Shown here one piece after another: positions 19,668-27,569 of a stretch of DNA of 52,121 nt (the stretch's first letter is position 1; every line of letters begins with the position of its first letter). The position numbers and the translations under genes are program-made. The notes under the pieces were generated by a model, which worked only from the letters and a program-made list of their open reading frames with translations, ran no database searches and was not told where the DNA came from. The DNA comes from a virus: IMG/VR virus record IMGVR_UViG_3300045988_120717. One strand, written 5' to 3'.

Positions 19668-20696
19668 ATGGCCATATCAGAAGAAGAACGCAAGAAAATA
19701 CTTAATCAGAATTTTCCCGATACCGTGCTCGGCTATAAACGTCCAGGTGATGTACCTACGGACTTTCCATATAGTGAACACTTTCCGCAATTCATCGCTA
19801 AAGATGAAGTCATTTATACGCTGACAAACTTAATCATTCGTCAGCTGCTTAGTAACGATAGGTACATAAAGGCTTTACTAGAGGCAGGAGACGAAAAGCT
19901 AAAAGCTCTGATTGACGCTATAGATAACCGGCTAGCTAGCAACGACTTAGCTATAGTCACACCAGCGCATAACGGCTTGATGAGCACTGAGGATAAAAAG
20001 AAGCTTGACGGTATAGCTGACAGAGCTAACAATTATGTGCATCCGAACAGCGGAGTTAAAGCTGGCAGCTATAAGCAAGTATCAGTTAATGCGCAAGGTC
20101 ACGTCACGGGCGGATCTAATCCGAATACTTTGCAAGGCTACGGTATAACCGACGCAGCACCTTTAGTTCACGGCAACCATGTACCGAAATTGGAATCTGC
20201 TAACAACTCCCGATTTTTACGGAACGATAACACATGGCAAACAGTAACGCCGGGTAATATCGGGGCTCCCACAAAAACGGGCACAGGTGCCAGCGGTACA
20301 TGGGGCATTAACATCAGTGGTAAAGCTAGCGCGGCGGGGACGGCGGGAACAGCTGGTTATGCGGCTGACAGTGACAAATTAGATGGGTACCACTACCAAG
20401 ACATAATATCTTTTGTGCTGCAACAAGGTGGTGGCATGTCTAAATTAGTTTTGCAAGAGAATGGATATGCGATATTCGGAAATGGGTTAACAGTAATGTG
20501 GGGACAACATGCAAACCCAGTAGTTTTTCCAGTATCTTTTAAAACAAAGTGCTTGCAAGTCGTGCCACAGCTACAGGCACCGTCTGATGGTAGTAATATG
20601 AGTAAGAACCGTGTGTGCGTTACTGGTCTCACTACTAGAGGCTTTAGTTTGGAAAATCCGCAAAGTACTTATAGGTACATCGCTATTGGATATTAA
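19668..20696 (+). CDS. Tail fibre protein 1.
   Basis: Contains phage tail-fibre repeat motifs (SYKQVSVNAQGHVTGG; DSDKLDGYHYQDI). Its N-terminal region is shared with the next gene. RBS is AGAGGTGG. Confidence 0.6.
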   Translation: MAISEEERKKILNQNFPDTVLGYKRPGDVPTDFPYSEHFPQFIAKDEVIYTLTNLIIRQLLSNDRYIKALLEAGDEKLKALIDAIDNRLASNDLAIVTPAHNGLMSTEDKKKLDGIADRANNYVHPNSGVKAGSYKQVSVNAQGHVTGGSNPNTLQGYGITDAAPLVHGNHVPKLESANNSRFLRNDNTWQTVTPGNIGAPTKTGTGASGTWGINISGKASAAGTAGTAGYAADSDKLDGYHYQDIISFVLQQGGGMSKLVLQENGYAIFGNGLTVMWGQHANPVVFPVSFKTKCLQVVPQLQAPSDGSNMSKNRVCVTGLTTRGFSLENPQSTYRYIAIGY

Positions 20697-20759
20697 AAGG
20701 GTGATTAAATGCAGTCATTAAAAAAACTAGCTTATACTGACATGGAGGTGACACAGTAA

Positions 20760-21887
20760 ATGACAAATGAGGAACGAGATAAACTCATTAATTCCGTACT
20801 GCCGGACACGGTAAAAGGTCAGCAGCGTCCAGCTGAAAACCTTAATCCGGATATGCCTTATAGTACAGACTTTCCGCAGCTTATAAACAAAGACCCCGCC
20901 AGCGCAGACGTGTTTAATCTGATTAACCGTCAGCTGCTTAGTAACGACAAAAGCTTAAATGACAGTAAAGCAGATAAAACGTACGTAGATAAAAAAGTAG
21001 CAGATCTGGTAAACGGAGCGCCGGAACAACTTGATACATTACAAGAATTATCTAAAGCACTGAATAACGATAAAGATTATGCAGCCACCGTTAATAACGC
21101 GTTAGCGGAAAAACTTGGCAAGACAGAAAAAGCAGTAAGCGCGGAAACAGCTGATGACAGTGACAAATTAGACGGGCATCACTACCAAGACATAATTAAT
21201 AAAATACCATCCCGAAGCAACTTGCCACTTCAATATGAACAAAAAAAGGACGAAACTAATCAGAAAAATTACAACTATATCTATCCGGACAACGGATTCT
21301 CGGGTGGGAGCCCAGATGCCGCTACTAGAATAGAGTTGTACGGTCGTATGGGGTATTGGAATGCCGATGGTGCTAATTTAACACTGACTGGAGCTGATGA
21401 TTCAAACGGATTTTTATTTAGACTTAGACCGATGTCGCAACGGGTTGATGATTCACCAGCGGTGATACCCGAACTGGTAGGTTCAATAGATTACTCGACC
21501 TCTGCTTATAAATACTCTAATCCTAAACTGACCTGGACTGATGACAAAGGCGTTATAGCCGACCTTGCGGGGGCAGGTATAGTATCACAGCAGCTAGGTC
21601 AAGAAATGAACTATATTAAGTACGCGAACGGTTTGCTGGTGCAATTCGGTATGATGGAAGTACAAGGCTACTCGGGAACAAAAATGTATGTTAAAACTTT
21701 ACCGATTAGTTTTAAGGCTACATATAGTTTGCAAGCAACACTGGGTTATCCAAATACTGACAGGGTATCATCAGTACAAGCAGAAACGGATTTAACGTAT
21801 ATAAAGCTATACGTTCATAACTTTATCAATGACCATAACGCACCAGTATACTATTGTCATTGGCTTATGATTGGCTCATGGAAATAA
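20760..21887 (+). CDS. Tail fibre protein 2, a paralogue with a different C-terminal domain.
   Basis: It shares the N-terminal 60 aa or so and the DSDKLDGHHYQDI motif with fibre 1. RBS is GGAGGTGACACAG. Confidence 0.6.
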   Translation: MTNEERDKLINSVLPDTVKGQQRPAENLNPDMPYSTDFPQLINKDPASADVFNLINRQLLSNDKSLNDSKADKTYVDKKVADLVNGAPEQLDTLQELSKALNNDKDYAATVNNALAEKLGKTEKAVSAETADDSDKLDGHHYQDIINKIPSRSNLPLQYEQKKDETNQKNYNYIYPDNGFSGGSPDAATRIELYGRMGYWNADGANLTLTGADDSNGFLFRLRPMSQRVDDSPAVIPELVGSIDYSTSAYKYSNPKLTWTDDKGVIADLAGAGIVSQQLGQEMNYIKYANGLLVQFGMMEVQGYSGTKMYVKTLPISFKATYSLQATLGYPNTDRVSSVQAETDLTYIKLYVHNFINDHNAPVYYCHWLMIGSWK

Positions 21888-21906
21888 CGAAAGAAGGGAA
21901 ATAGTA

Positions 21907-22356
21907 ATGGAAGAAAATTTTATTCTCACCTACTTATGTGAATTCGATGAAAAAGGAAACCGTGGTGAAACTTATGATACCGCGGGTATGAGTAAAGAAG
22001 AAAAGCAGTCAAAACTTGACGACGGTTTTATCGAAATAACAGAAGAAGAATGGCACTACTTGGTAGGCAACAAGGGTACGGGGGACAACGGTACAGGCTA
22101 TATCTATGATGTAGCTAATAAAAAAGTAAAGTCAGCACCACCAGCACCAGAACCTACACAAGCTGAAAGAGCAGAACAGAAAAAAGCACAGCTGGACGCA
22201 AGCTATGAAGCTGATAAAAAAGAGCTGCTAAGTCAGTACGCCGAAGCCGTAGCATATAGTGACACTGATACAGCAAAAGCAGTACAAGAACAGCTTACGG
22301 CTTTAGACGCTCAGTATGATGCTGACTATAGAGCAGCAGAGGAAGGGAGTGAGTAA
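21907..22356 (+). CDS. XkdW-like protein.
   Basis: About 150 aa, acidic, directly after the fibre genes. RBS is GAAGGGAAAT. Confidence 0.4.
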   Translation: MEENFILTYLCEFDEKGNRGETYDTAGMSKEEKQSKLDDGFIEITEEEWHYLVGNKGTGDNGTGYIYDVANKKVKSAPPAPEPTQAERAEQKKAQLDASYEADKKELLSQYAEAVAYSDTDTAKAVQEQLTALDAQYDADYRAAEEGSE

Positions 22357-22358
22357 TT

Positions 22359-22490
22359 ATGGCATTTAAGGTAATCAAGCGGTGCATCCGTTGTCGCAAA
22401 CCGCTACGTGAGGATGGTACATGCCAAAATCCAAAGTGTGTAAGATACACAGAGCCTAAAGAAAAAGAAGAAAAACCAACTGATAAGTAG
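22359..22490 (+). CDS. Small CxxC zinc-ribbon protein of 43 aa.
   Basis: The sequence RCIRCRK...GTCQNPKC has a zinc-ribbon pattern. It is below the ORF-track cutoff. Confidence 0.3.
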   Translation: MAFKVIKRCIRCRKPLREDGTCQNPKCVRYTEPKEKEEKPTDK

Positions 22491-22498
22491 GTGACACT

Positions 22499-22753
22499 AT
22501 GAGCTTGAGTGAGTGGTTAACTATAGCCGTACAAATGACTGCTATTATGTCCGTTATTGGCGGTGTGATAAGCTACATCTTTTTACAGCCGTTAAACCGG
22601 GCTATTAAAAACTTGCAACTGCTTATAACGAATACACAGGAGCAGCAGCGGTTAATCGATTTAAGGCTGGTACGGGTTGAGGAAAGCACTAAATCCGCAC
22701 ATCATAGAATTGATGGTATCGAAGATGTTTTACATCACGGCAAATGGGGGTAG
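22499..22753 (+). CDS. XhlA-like membrane protein associated with lysis.
   Basis: 84 aa with an N-terminal transmembrane segment and a coiled coil. It is the first gene of the lysis cassette. Confidence 0.4.
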   Translation: MSLSEWLTIAVQMTAIMSVIGGVISYIFLQPLNRAIKNLQLLITNTQEQQRLIDLRLVRVEESTKSAHHRIDGIEDVLHHGKWG

Positions 22754-22757
22754 TTCT

Positions 22758-22922
22758 ATGAAAGATATACTGACAAAAGATAATATATGTGTATTTTTTC
22801 TTGGCATGTCGCTTTTAGCTTGCATAGTAAGTGGCTACAGTGAAAACGTAGCTTGTACGATCGGCGGCTCACTTGGTGGAGCTATAGCGATAAAAGCAAT
22901 CGGAGGAGGCGTTGTAAAATGA
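22758..22922 (+). CDS. Putative small holin, or a holin-like lipobox protein, of 54 aa.
   Basis: Hydrophobic N-terminus with an LLAC lipobox-like motif and a Gly-zipper second hydrophobic segment. Its stop codon overlaps the endolysin start. Confidence 0.35.
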   Translation: MKDILTKDNICVFFLGMSLLACIVSGYSENVACTIGGSLGGAIAIKAIGGGVVK

Positions 22923-23509
22923 AAGTGATTGATATATCCGCATGGCAGACTGAAATTGACTGGCAGGGGCTAGTTGATAGCGGTGTAGATGGCGTTATAT
23001 TAAAAATCGGGCAGGAAGATAACTTAGATGATATGTTCGTGGAGCATGTCAATCATGCAGTTGAATACGGTCTCAAGTATGGCGTCTATTACTACGCTAA
23101 AGCTTGCAGCTACGATGAAGCAGTAAGAGAAGCAGATATTGTAGCAAGCTGGCTGAAAGAATACTTGCGGGGCGAAACGCCTGAACTTGGTATTTGGTAT
23201 GACGCAGAAAGCAACAAAATGCTGTTAAATGGTGATGATATAACCAGCGTATGCATGGCTTTTCTAAATCGTCTCACCGACTATGGACACCAGTATCAAG
23301 GCATTTATTCATCTTGGAACTGGCTTAGCAAAGAAGGAGCACATCATATTCATATTGATGATTTGCCTGAATATGTTCCTATATGGGTGGCGCAATATAG
23401 CAGTCATTGCGACTTAAAAGACGAATATCCTGACAGGGTAAGAATTTGGCAGTATACTGACAGTCTGTACGGAATGAGCCTTGACGGGAACATTTACTAC
23501 GATGACTAA
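22919..23509 (+). CDS. Endolysin, a glycoside hydrolase family 25 lysozyme.
   Basis: N-terminus MKVIDISAWQ...VDGVILKIGQ is typical of GH25 enzymes. About 197 aa, catalytic domain only. Confidence 0.75.
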   Translation: MKVIDISAWQTEIDWQGLVDSGVDGVILKIGQEDNLDDMFVEHVNHAVEYGLKYGVYYYAKACSYDEAVREADIVASWLKEYLRGETPELGIWYDAESNKMLLNGDDITSVCMAFLNRLTDYGHQYQGIYSSWNWLSKEGAHHIHIDDLPEYVPIWVAQYSSHCDLKDEYPDRVRIWQYTDSLYGMSLDGNIYYDD

Positions 23510-23560
23510 CTATTTATTAATTTTTTAGGCTTGCTTAGCAAGCAGAAAGCGAGGTTTATT

Positions 23561-23926
23561 ATGCAGGAAAAAGCAAAACAGATTGTTGTCGACTATTTCA
23601 ATAGTCATGTTAAGGAGAAAACAAACATGATTAAAGTATTTATTTCACAGCCAATGAGAGATAAGACTGACGAGCAGATTGAGGCAGAGCGCAATCGTGC
23701 TATTGAAACAATTAAACAGAAGTATCATGGCGATGTAGAAATCCTTGATACATTCTTCAAGGAAGCTCCTCATAATGCAAAGCCATTGTGGTTTCTTGGT
23801 AAGTCCATACAGATGCTAGCAGATGCTGATATTGCATATTTCGTTGAAGGTTGGAATAAATATCGTGGCTGCAAGATTGAAAATACTTGTGCAAGAAAAT
23901 ACGGTATTGGTGTAATTGAAGAATAA
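23561..23926 (+). CDS. Hypothetical protein, possibly DUF4406-like.
   Basis: The core [10 protein letters not shown]...[11 protein letters not shown] suggests a deoxyribosyltransferase-like fold. An alternative start lies at 23627 after AAGGAGAAAA. Confidence 0.35.
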   Translation: MQEKAKQIVVDYFNSHVKEKTNMIKVFISQPMRDKTDEQIEAERNRAIETIKQKYHGDVEILDTFFKEAPHNAKPLWFLGKSIQMLADADIAYFVEGWNKYRGCKIENTCARKYGIGVIEE

Positions 23927-24074
23927 TGAACTGATTACAGTGTATATCGAAACATTAGAAGGGTTTCTTCTTGCTGACCCTGGCGATTATATTATCACAG
24001 GCGTAAACGGTGAGCAGTATCCGTGCAAACCTGATATTTTCGATAAAACGTATGAAAGAGTGGAGGAATAAATT

Positions 24075-24359
24075 ATGAGCAAATGGACAGAAGTTAAAGA
24101 CAACATCGTAGAAGCATTGCATGTAGACGATGTGACAGAGCAAGTAAAGCAGAACGTGACAAATGCTATCTTGACGGAGGTTGTGCCGATGGTCGAAAAT
24201 GCCGTTGATAGCTTTGTAGCTACAACTAAAGAACAGGCTAAAACTGAAACGGGCTGGTGTAAAATTCGTGATGGTGTAGCGTTGCCGCTCATTATGCAGG
24301 GGCTTGTATATGCCGTCAAGACGATACTAACTAAGACGGTGACGGAGGTAAAAGCATGA
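24075..24359 (+). CDS. Hypothetical protein with a C-terminal hydrophobic segment.
   Basis: RBS is GGAGGAATAAATT. The competing 196-aa ORF on the minus strand looks spurious. Confidence 0.4.
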   Translation: MSKWTEVKDNIVEALHVDDVTEQVKQNVTNAILTEVVPMVENAVDSFVATTKEQAKTETGWCKIRDGVALPLIMQGLVYAVKTILTKTVTEVKA

Positions 24360-24526
24360 AACGTTGTAAATATTGTGGTGCTATATGCACTGAAAATGGC
24401 TGTCCCAACGGTACCTGCATAGCTTATTCTAAAAAAGAGGTGACACAGGTGACACCTAAAAAGCGTAAAACCAAAAAGGCTGATGTAGATAACATAGACA
24501 TGGTAGAAGCAGATATAAAGAGGTGA
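24356..24526 (+). CDS. Small CxxC zinc-ribbon protein of 56 aa.
   Basis: The sequence CKYCGAICTENGCPNGTC has a zinc-ribbon pattern. It contains tandem GGTGACAC repeats. Confidence 0.3.
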   Translation: MKRCKYCGAICTENGCPNGTCIAYSKKEVTQVTPKKRKTKKADVDNIDMVEADIKR

Positions 24527-24530
24527 CACT

Positions 24531-24788
24531 ATGAATAAAAATACTGATGATCTAGCTACGGTATTTGCTATGGCCACAGAGGTATACCGAAAAACACTTC
24601 ATCGCTATCATGTAATAGTGATAAGTCTGATTGTACTGTTATTGGTGTCACTTGTGTCACTTGTCATAGTACTGCAAGGTAATACGACTAAAGCAGCATG
24701 TACCGTGGGCACAGCAATCCCTATAGCCTTTATCACTACCAGCAGATTGCCGATAAGCAAGACGGAGAAAAGGGGCTGTTATGCATGA
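24531..24788 (+). CDS. Small membrane protein.
   Basis: 85 aa with one or two transmembrane segments. RBS is AGAGGTGACACT. Confidence 0.4.
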   Translation: MNKNTDDLATVFAMATEVYRKTLHRYHVIVISLIVLLLVSLVSLVIVLQGNTTKAACTVGTAIPIAFITTSRLPISKTEKRGCYA

Positions 24789-25020
24789 AAACCGGCGTAA
24801 AGCTAGGGACTGGCTAAACGGTGCCAGTCTTACTGATTTCACAGAGCTAGTCCGCGAAGCTAAAATACCAGACGAGGATATGACAATTCTTAATCTGAAA
24901 TTCGTTCACGGGTACAGTAATACTCAGATAGCTGTCACTGAAAATCTATCTATAGATAAAGTAAATAAGGTAGTTCAAAAAGCCTATGACAAAATAGCAC
25001 GCCTGCTTGACGTGTACTAG
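24781..25020 (+). CDS. Small DNA-binding protein resembling sigma-70 region 4.
   Basis: 79 aa. The helix-turn-helix segment (YSNTQIAVTENLSIDKVNKVVQKAYDKIARLL) resembles sigma factor region 4. Confidence 0.4.
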   Translation: MHENRRKARDWLNGASLTDFTELVREAKIPDEDMTILNLKFVHGYSNTQIAVTENLSIDKVNKVVQKAYDKIARLLDVY

Positions 25021-25021
25021 T

Positions 25022-25058
25022 AAAAAAGCCCTCTGCTATGTGCAGGGGGCTTTTTTGT
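25022..25058 (+). terminator. Bidirectional rho-independent terminator at the end of the late operon.
   Basis: AAAAA, then a GCCCTCTGC..GCAGGGGGC hairpin, then TTTTTT. Confidence 0.7.
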
Positions 25059-25070
25059 ATAAAAAAAAAC

Positions 25071-25100
25071 CGCCCTTACGGACGGTTCGTAGCCACCTAT
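25071..25100 (-). terminator. Terminator for the convergent minus-strand operon.
   Basis: AACCGCCC-TTAC-GGACGGTT hairpin, followed on the minus strand by a T9 run. Confidence 0.5.
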
Positions 25101-25205
25101 TCGGCGGAAATATTGTAAATAAACAATAATCATTTCTGAACCGCCTGTTCGGCGGAAATACTGTAAATAAACAATACTCATTTCTAAGCCGCCTATTCGG
25201 CGGGC
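25088..25205. repeat. Tandem repeat unit of about 48 bp, present in 2.5 copies. Each copy carries a CCGCCnnTTCGGCGG hairpin.
   Basis: Direct repeats with about 90 percent identity, lying between two convergent terminators. Confidence 0.8.
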
Positions 25206-25230
25206 TACAAACATATTGTAGCAAAGGACT

Positions 25231-25476
25231 TTACTTTTGTAAAGCATTATTCGCATATTTGTACGGTACAAATTCACCGTATTCGTAAAACCCAATACAT
25301 TCGTGATTGCAGAATATTAATATATCAGACCCAGCTTCAAATTTTTCATGGTCATTAAGAGACGCTTTACAAGCAATATCGAAAGCCAACTCTCTATCAG
25401 CGCCAATATAGAGAAAATCGTTTGAACTGCTGCAGAAAATTGAGTGCTCTGCAACTGTATAAGTGTATTTTTTCAT
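25231..25476 (-). CDS. Hypothetical protein of 81 aa.
   Basis: Last gene of a four-gene minus-strand operon. It lies 1 nt downstream of the Arc-like gene. Confidence 0.4.
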   Translation of the reverse strand: MKKYTYTVAEHSIFCSSSNDFLYIGADRELAFDIACKASLNDHEKFEAGSDILIFCNHECIGFYEYGEFVPYKYANNALQK

Positions 25477-25477
25477 T

Positions 25478-25687
25478 TTATTTTTCCTCCTTTTTCATAG
25501 CCGGTGCTTTCTTACCAGCTTTTTCGTAACAAGCCTGCCGTATGTACTGAGCAAGTGACAAGCCGTGCTCTTGTGCAAAACCTTTTATAACTTCACGCTC
25601 TCCGATGGGGACGCTACAGCTCAGCTTTTCGTAGTTTTTCGAGATGTACTTACTATTTGCCCGATAACGGGCGGGGGTTATTTTCAT
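25478..25687 (-). CDS. Arc-like ribbon-helix-helix DNA-binding protein.
   Basis: The sequence NYEKLSCSVPIGEREVIKGFAQEHGLSLAQYIRQA follows a beta-strand, helix, helix pattern. Confidence 0.45.
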   Translation of the reverse strand: MKITPARYRANSKYISKNYEKLSCSVPIGEREVIKGFAQEHGLSLAQYIRQACYEKAGKKAPAMKKEEK

Positions 25688-25694
25688 TCAACAG

Positions 25695-25895
25695 TCACTC
25701 TCTTTCCATTCCCCAAGATGGGTTACAGTCTGCTACAAAGTCCCAGCAGGCATTATCAGGAAAGTCAAGCTCTCTATCAGTAGCTTCTTCCCAAAGACAT
25801 CTGCAAACGTCACTTATAAAGCGCGGGGATGTCGTTATATCCGAGTTCATTAGCTCGTCAATCGAGTCAAACTCAAAATTTTTAATCTTATACAT
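25695..25895 (-). CDS. Small acidic hypothetical protein.
   Basis: ATG after GGAGGAG. Confidence 0.35.
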   Translation of the reverse strand: MYKIKNFEFDSIDELMNSDITTSPRFISDVCRCLWEEATDRELDFPDNACWDFVADCNPSWGMERE

Positions 25896-26012
25896 TTTAA
25901 ATCTCCTCCTCATTAACGTCCTGCCAGCGCCAGCCAGCAGGATTACTGAATATTAGCTAATGCAATCAATTAGCTGGTCAATTGAGGTTATCTCAATCGG
26001 TTGATGTTTTAT

Positions 26013-26666
26013 TCAAACTAGCACTCCGTCGTCTATCTGAGATATTAACCGTTCAATTTCAATAGGACACGTAATGTCATTATCCGTCATGAAGTCATAA
26101 ATGTCATACACGGCTTGAGCGTATGACTTATGCTTCAATCCCGGAAATAATGGCGTTTGAGTTTCGCCTTTGACTGCATAAAACTTATTGTTGCGTTCTA
26201 CAATTGCATATTTGATACCATCTACTTTAGCAATATCAGATATTTTTTTGTCGTTTTTATCATTAACTTGGCGATCATTGATTGCCGGCAGTGTTGTTTT
26301 GATAGCAGCTTTTTTGGGGAGTGGAGCCGAGTGTGTAAGCTCGGCTGTAAATTCAGCGATAGTTTCATCGACTTCACTAAAAGCATCGTCTTTGCGAAAA
26401 TCTGTTTCACGATTAATGCTGTAACGGTTTGTTTTGTTATTGATAAAGCCACAATTAACCCATATTTCCTTTTCTTTGAAGTTTTCGTCATTTGTCCAGA
26501 CATCAACAGTAAATCTGACTTTTAAGTAAGTCCTATCGTATTCGCCTTTTACCCAACGTTTTGAGTAAATATCAGGATGGACATTTATATGAACTTTTAC
26601 ATTGCCAGCTTTTTTTTGGCTTATCGCATAATCGGTTACAACTCTGTCAAATTCTGCTATTTTCAT
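26013..26666 (-). CDS. Hypothetical protein of 217 aa.
   Basis: Strong RBS (GGAAGGAGGAAAACAAA). First gene of the minus-strand operon. Confidence 0.5.
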   Translation of the reverse strand: MKIAEFDRVVTDYAISQKKAGNVKVHINVHPDIYSKRWVKGEYDRTYLKVRFTVDVWTNDENFKEKEIWVNCGFINNKTNRYSINRETDFRKDDAFSEVDETIAEFTAELTHSAPLPKKAAIKTTLPAINDRQVNDKNDKKISDIAKVDGIKYAIVERNNKFYAVKGETQTPLFPGLKHKSYAQAVYDIYDFMTDNDITCPIEIERLISQIDDGVLV

Positions 26667-26877
26667 TTTGTTTTCCTCCTTCCTTCCTCCCTTTATCGGG
26701 AGGAAGCTGCATCAATTGTTTTTTTTTATTTGTTTCCCTTTTGACACTTTAATTGTACTACAACCAATACATAATGGCAAGTTTTTTTTTCAAAAAAATT
26801 GCCATTTTTTAGCCAGTTTTCGTACACTTCCGCTCTCTATTTATTTAGTAGTATATAGATAAAGGGAGGGCGGACCT
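26667..26877. promoter_or_regulatory. Divergent promoter region containing a perfect palindrome.
   Basis: TTGACA is followed 17 bp later by a -10 box that is probably TACATAAT. The palindrome is AATGGCAAGTTTTTTTTTCAAAAAAATTGCCATT. Confidence 0.4.
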
Positions 26878-27306
26878 ATGCAGATAGAGCAAAGCACACT
26901 AAAAGCTACACCATCAGGGATTTGTACAGTCGAAGACGGTGTTATATATGAAGTAAATGCTTTATATGGTACTAAAACCCGAGTAGGTGTCACTGATGGC
27001 AAGTATAACGAACTCAAGGAATTAGCCGATAGTTACTACAATAAGTTAGTAGAGCTAGGAGCCATAGTGCCACCAAAAACGCCAGAGCAGATCCAACAAG
27101 AAACCATGCAGGTTATGCAGGGTATGCTGAAACAGATGCAGACCTTGCAACAGGAAATGGAGGTGCTGAAAAATGAACGCTCAAATGCTAGCACAGATGT
27201 TAAATCTAAATCCGACGAACACTCAGAAGCTAACACAAGCGTGGGGGCAAGCACAGCAAGCGTCGGCAGGAGTAAACAGCCTGCAAAGCGCACAAAAAGC
27301 GATTAA
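26878..27306 (+). CDS. Q-rich hypothetical protein.
   Basis: RBS is AAAGGGAGGGCGG. It overlaps the next ORF by 133 nt. Confidence 0.4.
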   Translation: MQIEQSTLKATPSGICTVEDGVIYEVNALYGTKTRVGVTDGKYNELKELADSYYNKLVELGAIVPPKTPEQIQQETMQVMQGMLKQMQTLQQEMEVLKNERSNASTDVKSKSDEHSEANTSVGASTASVGRSKQPAKRTKSD

Positions 27307-27529
27307 AGCTTTTGGTCTGACAAGCGATATGCTGTCACAAGCTGGCAGTATGCTTAACAGCCCTCTAGCCGGTGTCGTAGCGTCCGCCCTCGGTACGGAT
27401 ATAAATAAAGCAAGAAATGCTTTTAATAAGTTGACGGGGACATCTGGTACAGTGTCTACACCGTCTACGAGTAGTTTCGTAGACGACCTGGCAAAGCTTA
27501 AAGCAGGACTACAGCAGCTAAAAAGCTGA
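27173..27529 (+). CDS. Hypothetical protein rich in Q, S and A.
   Basis: RBS is GGAGGTG with a 9-nt spacing. Confidence 0.4.
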   Translation: MNAQMLAQMLNLNPTNTQKLTQAWGQAQQASAGVNSLQSAQKAIKAFGLTSDMLSQAGSMLNSPLAGVVASALGTDINKARNAFNKLTGTSGTVSTPSTSSFVDDLAKLKAGLQQLKS

Positions 27530-27569
27530 TGTACATAAATAACTATCTATCTAAAAAGGAGGTTTTATT

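Noticed and set aside
19659-21887. Diversity-generating retroelement near the tail fibres.
   Set aside because: There is no reverse transcriptase ORF and no template repeat matching the fibre C-termini anywhere in the window.
23987-24577. 196-aa ORF on the minus strand.
   Set aside because: It is antisense to three well-supported plus-strand genes that have RBS motifs. It has a low-complexity hydrophobic composition and no RBS, so it is likely spurious.
25088-25205. Possible CRISPR mini-array.
   Set aside because: The whole 48-bp units are conserved and there are no unique spacers. There are only 2.5 copies and no cas genes. It is better described as a tandem duplication of a hairpin-bearing unit.
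25017-25295. ORFs of 92 aa and 62 aa with repeated peptide segments.
   Set aside because: They read through two terminators and the 48-bp DNA repeats. The peptide repetition is a by-product of those DNA repeats.
26157-26525. Several ORFs in other frames, at 26157..26525, 26188..26424 and 26222..26506.
   Set aside because: They overlap the well-supported 26013..26666 minus-strand gene, which has a strong RBS. They show AT-rich low-complexity translations.
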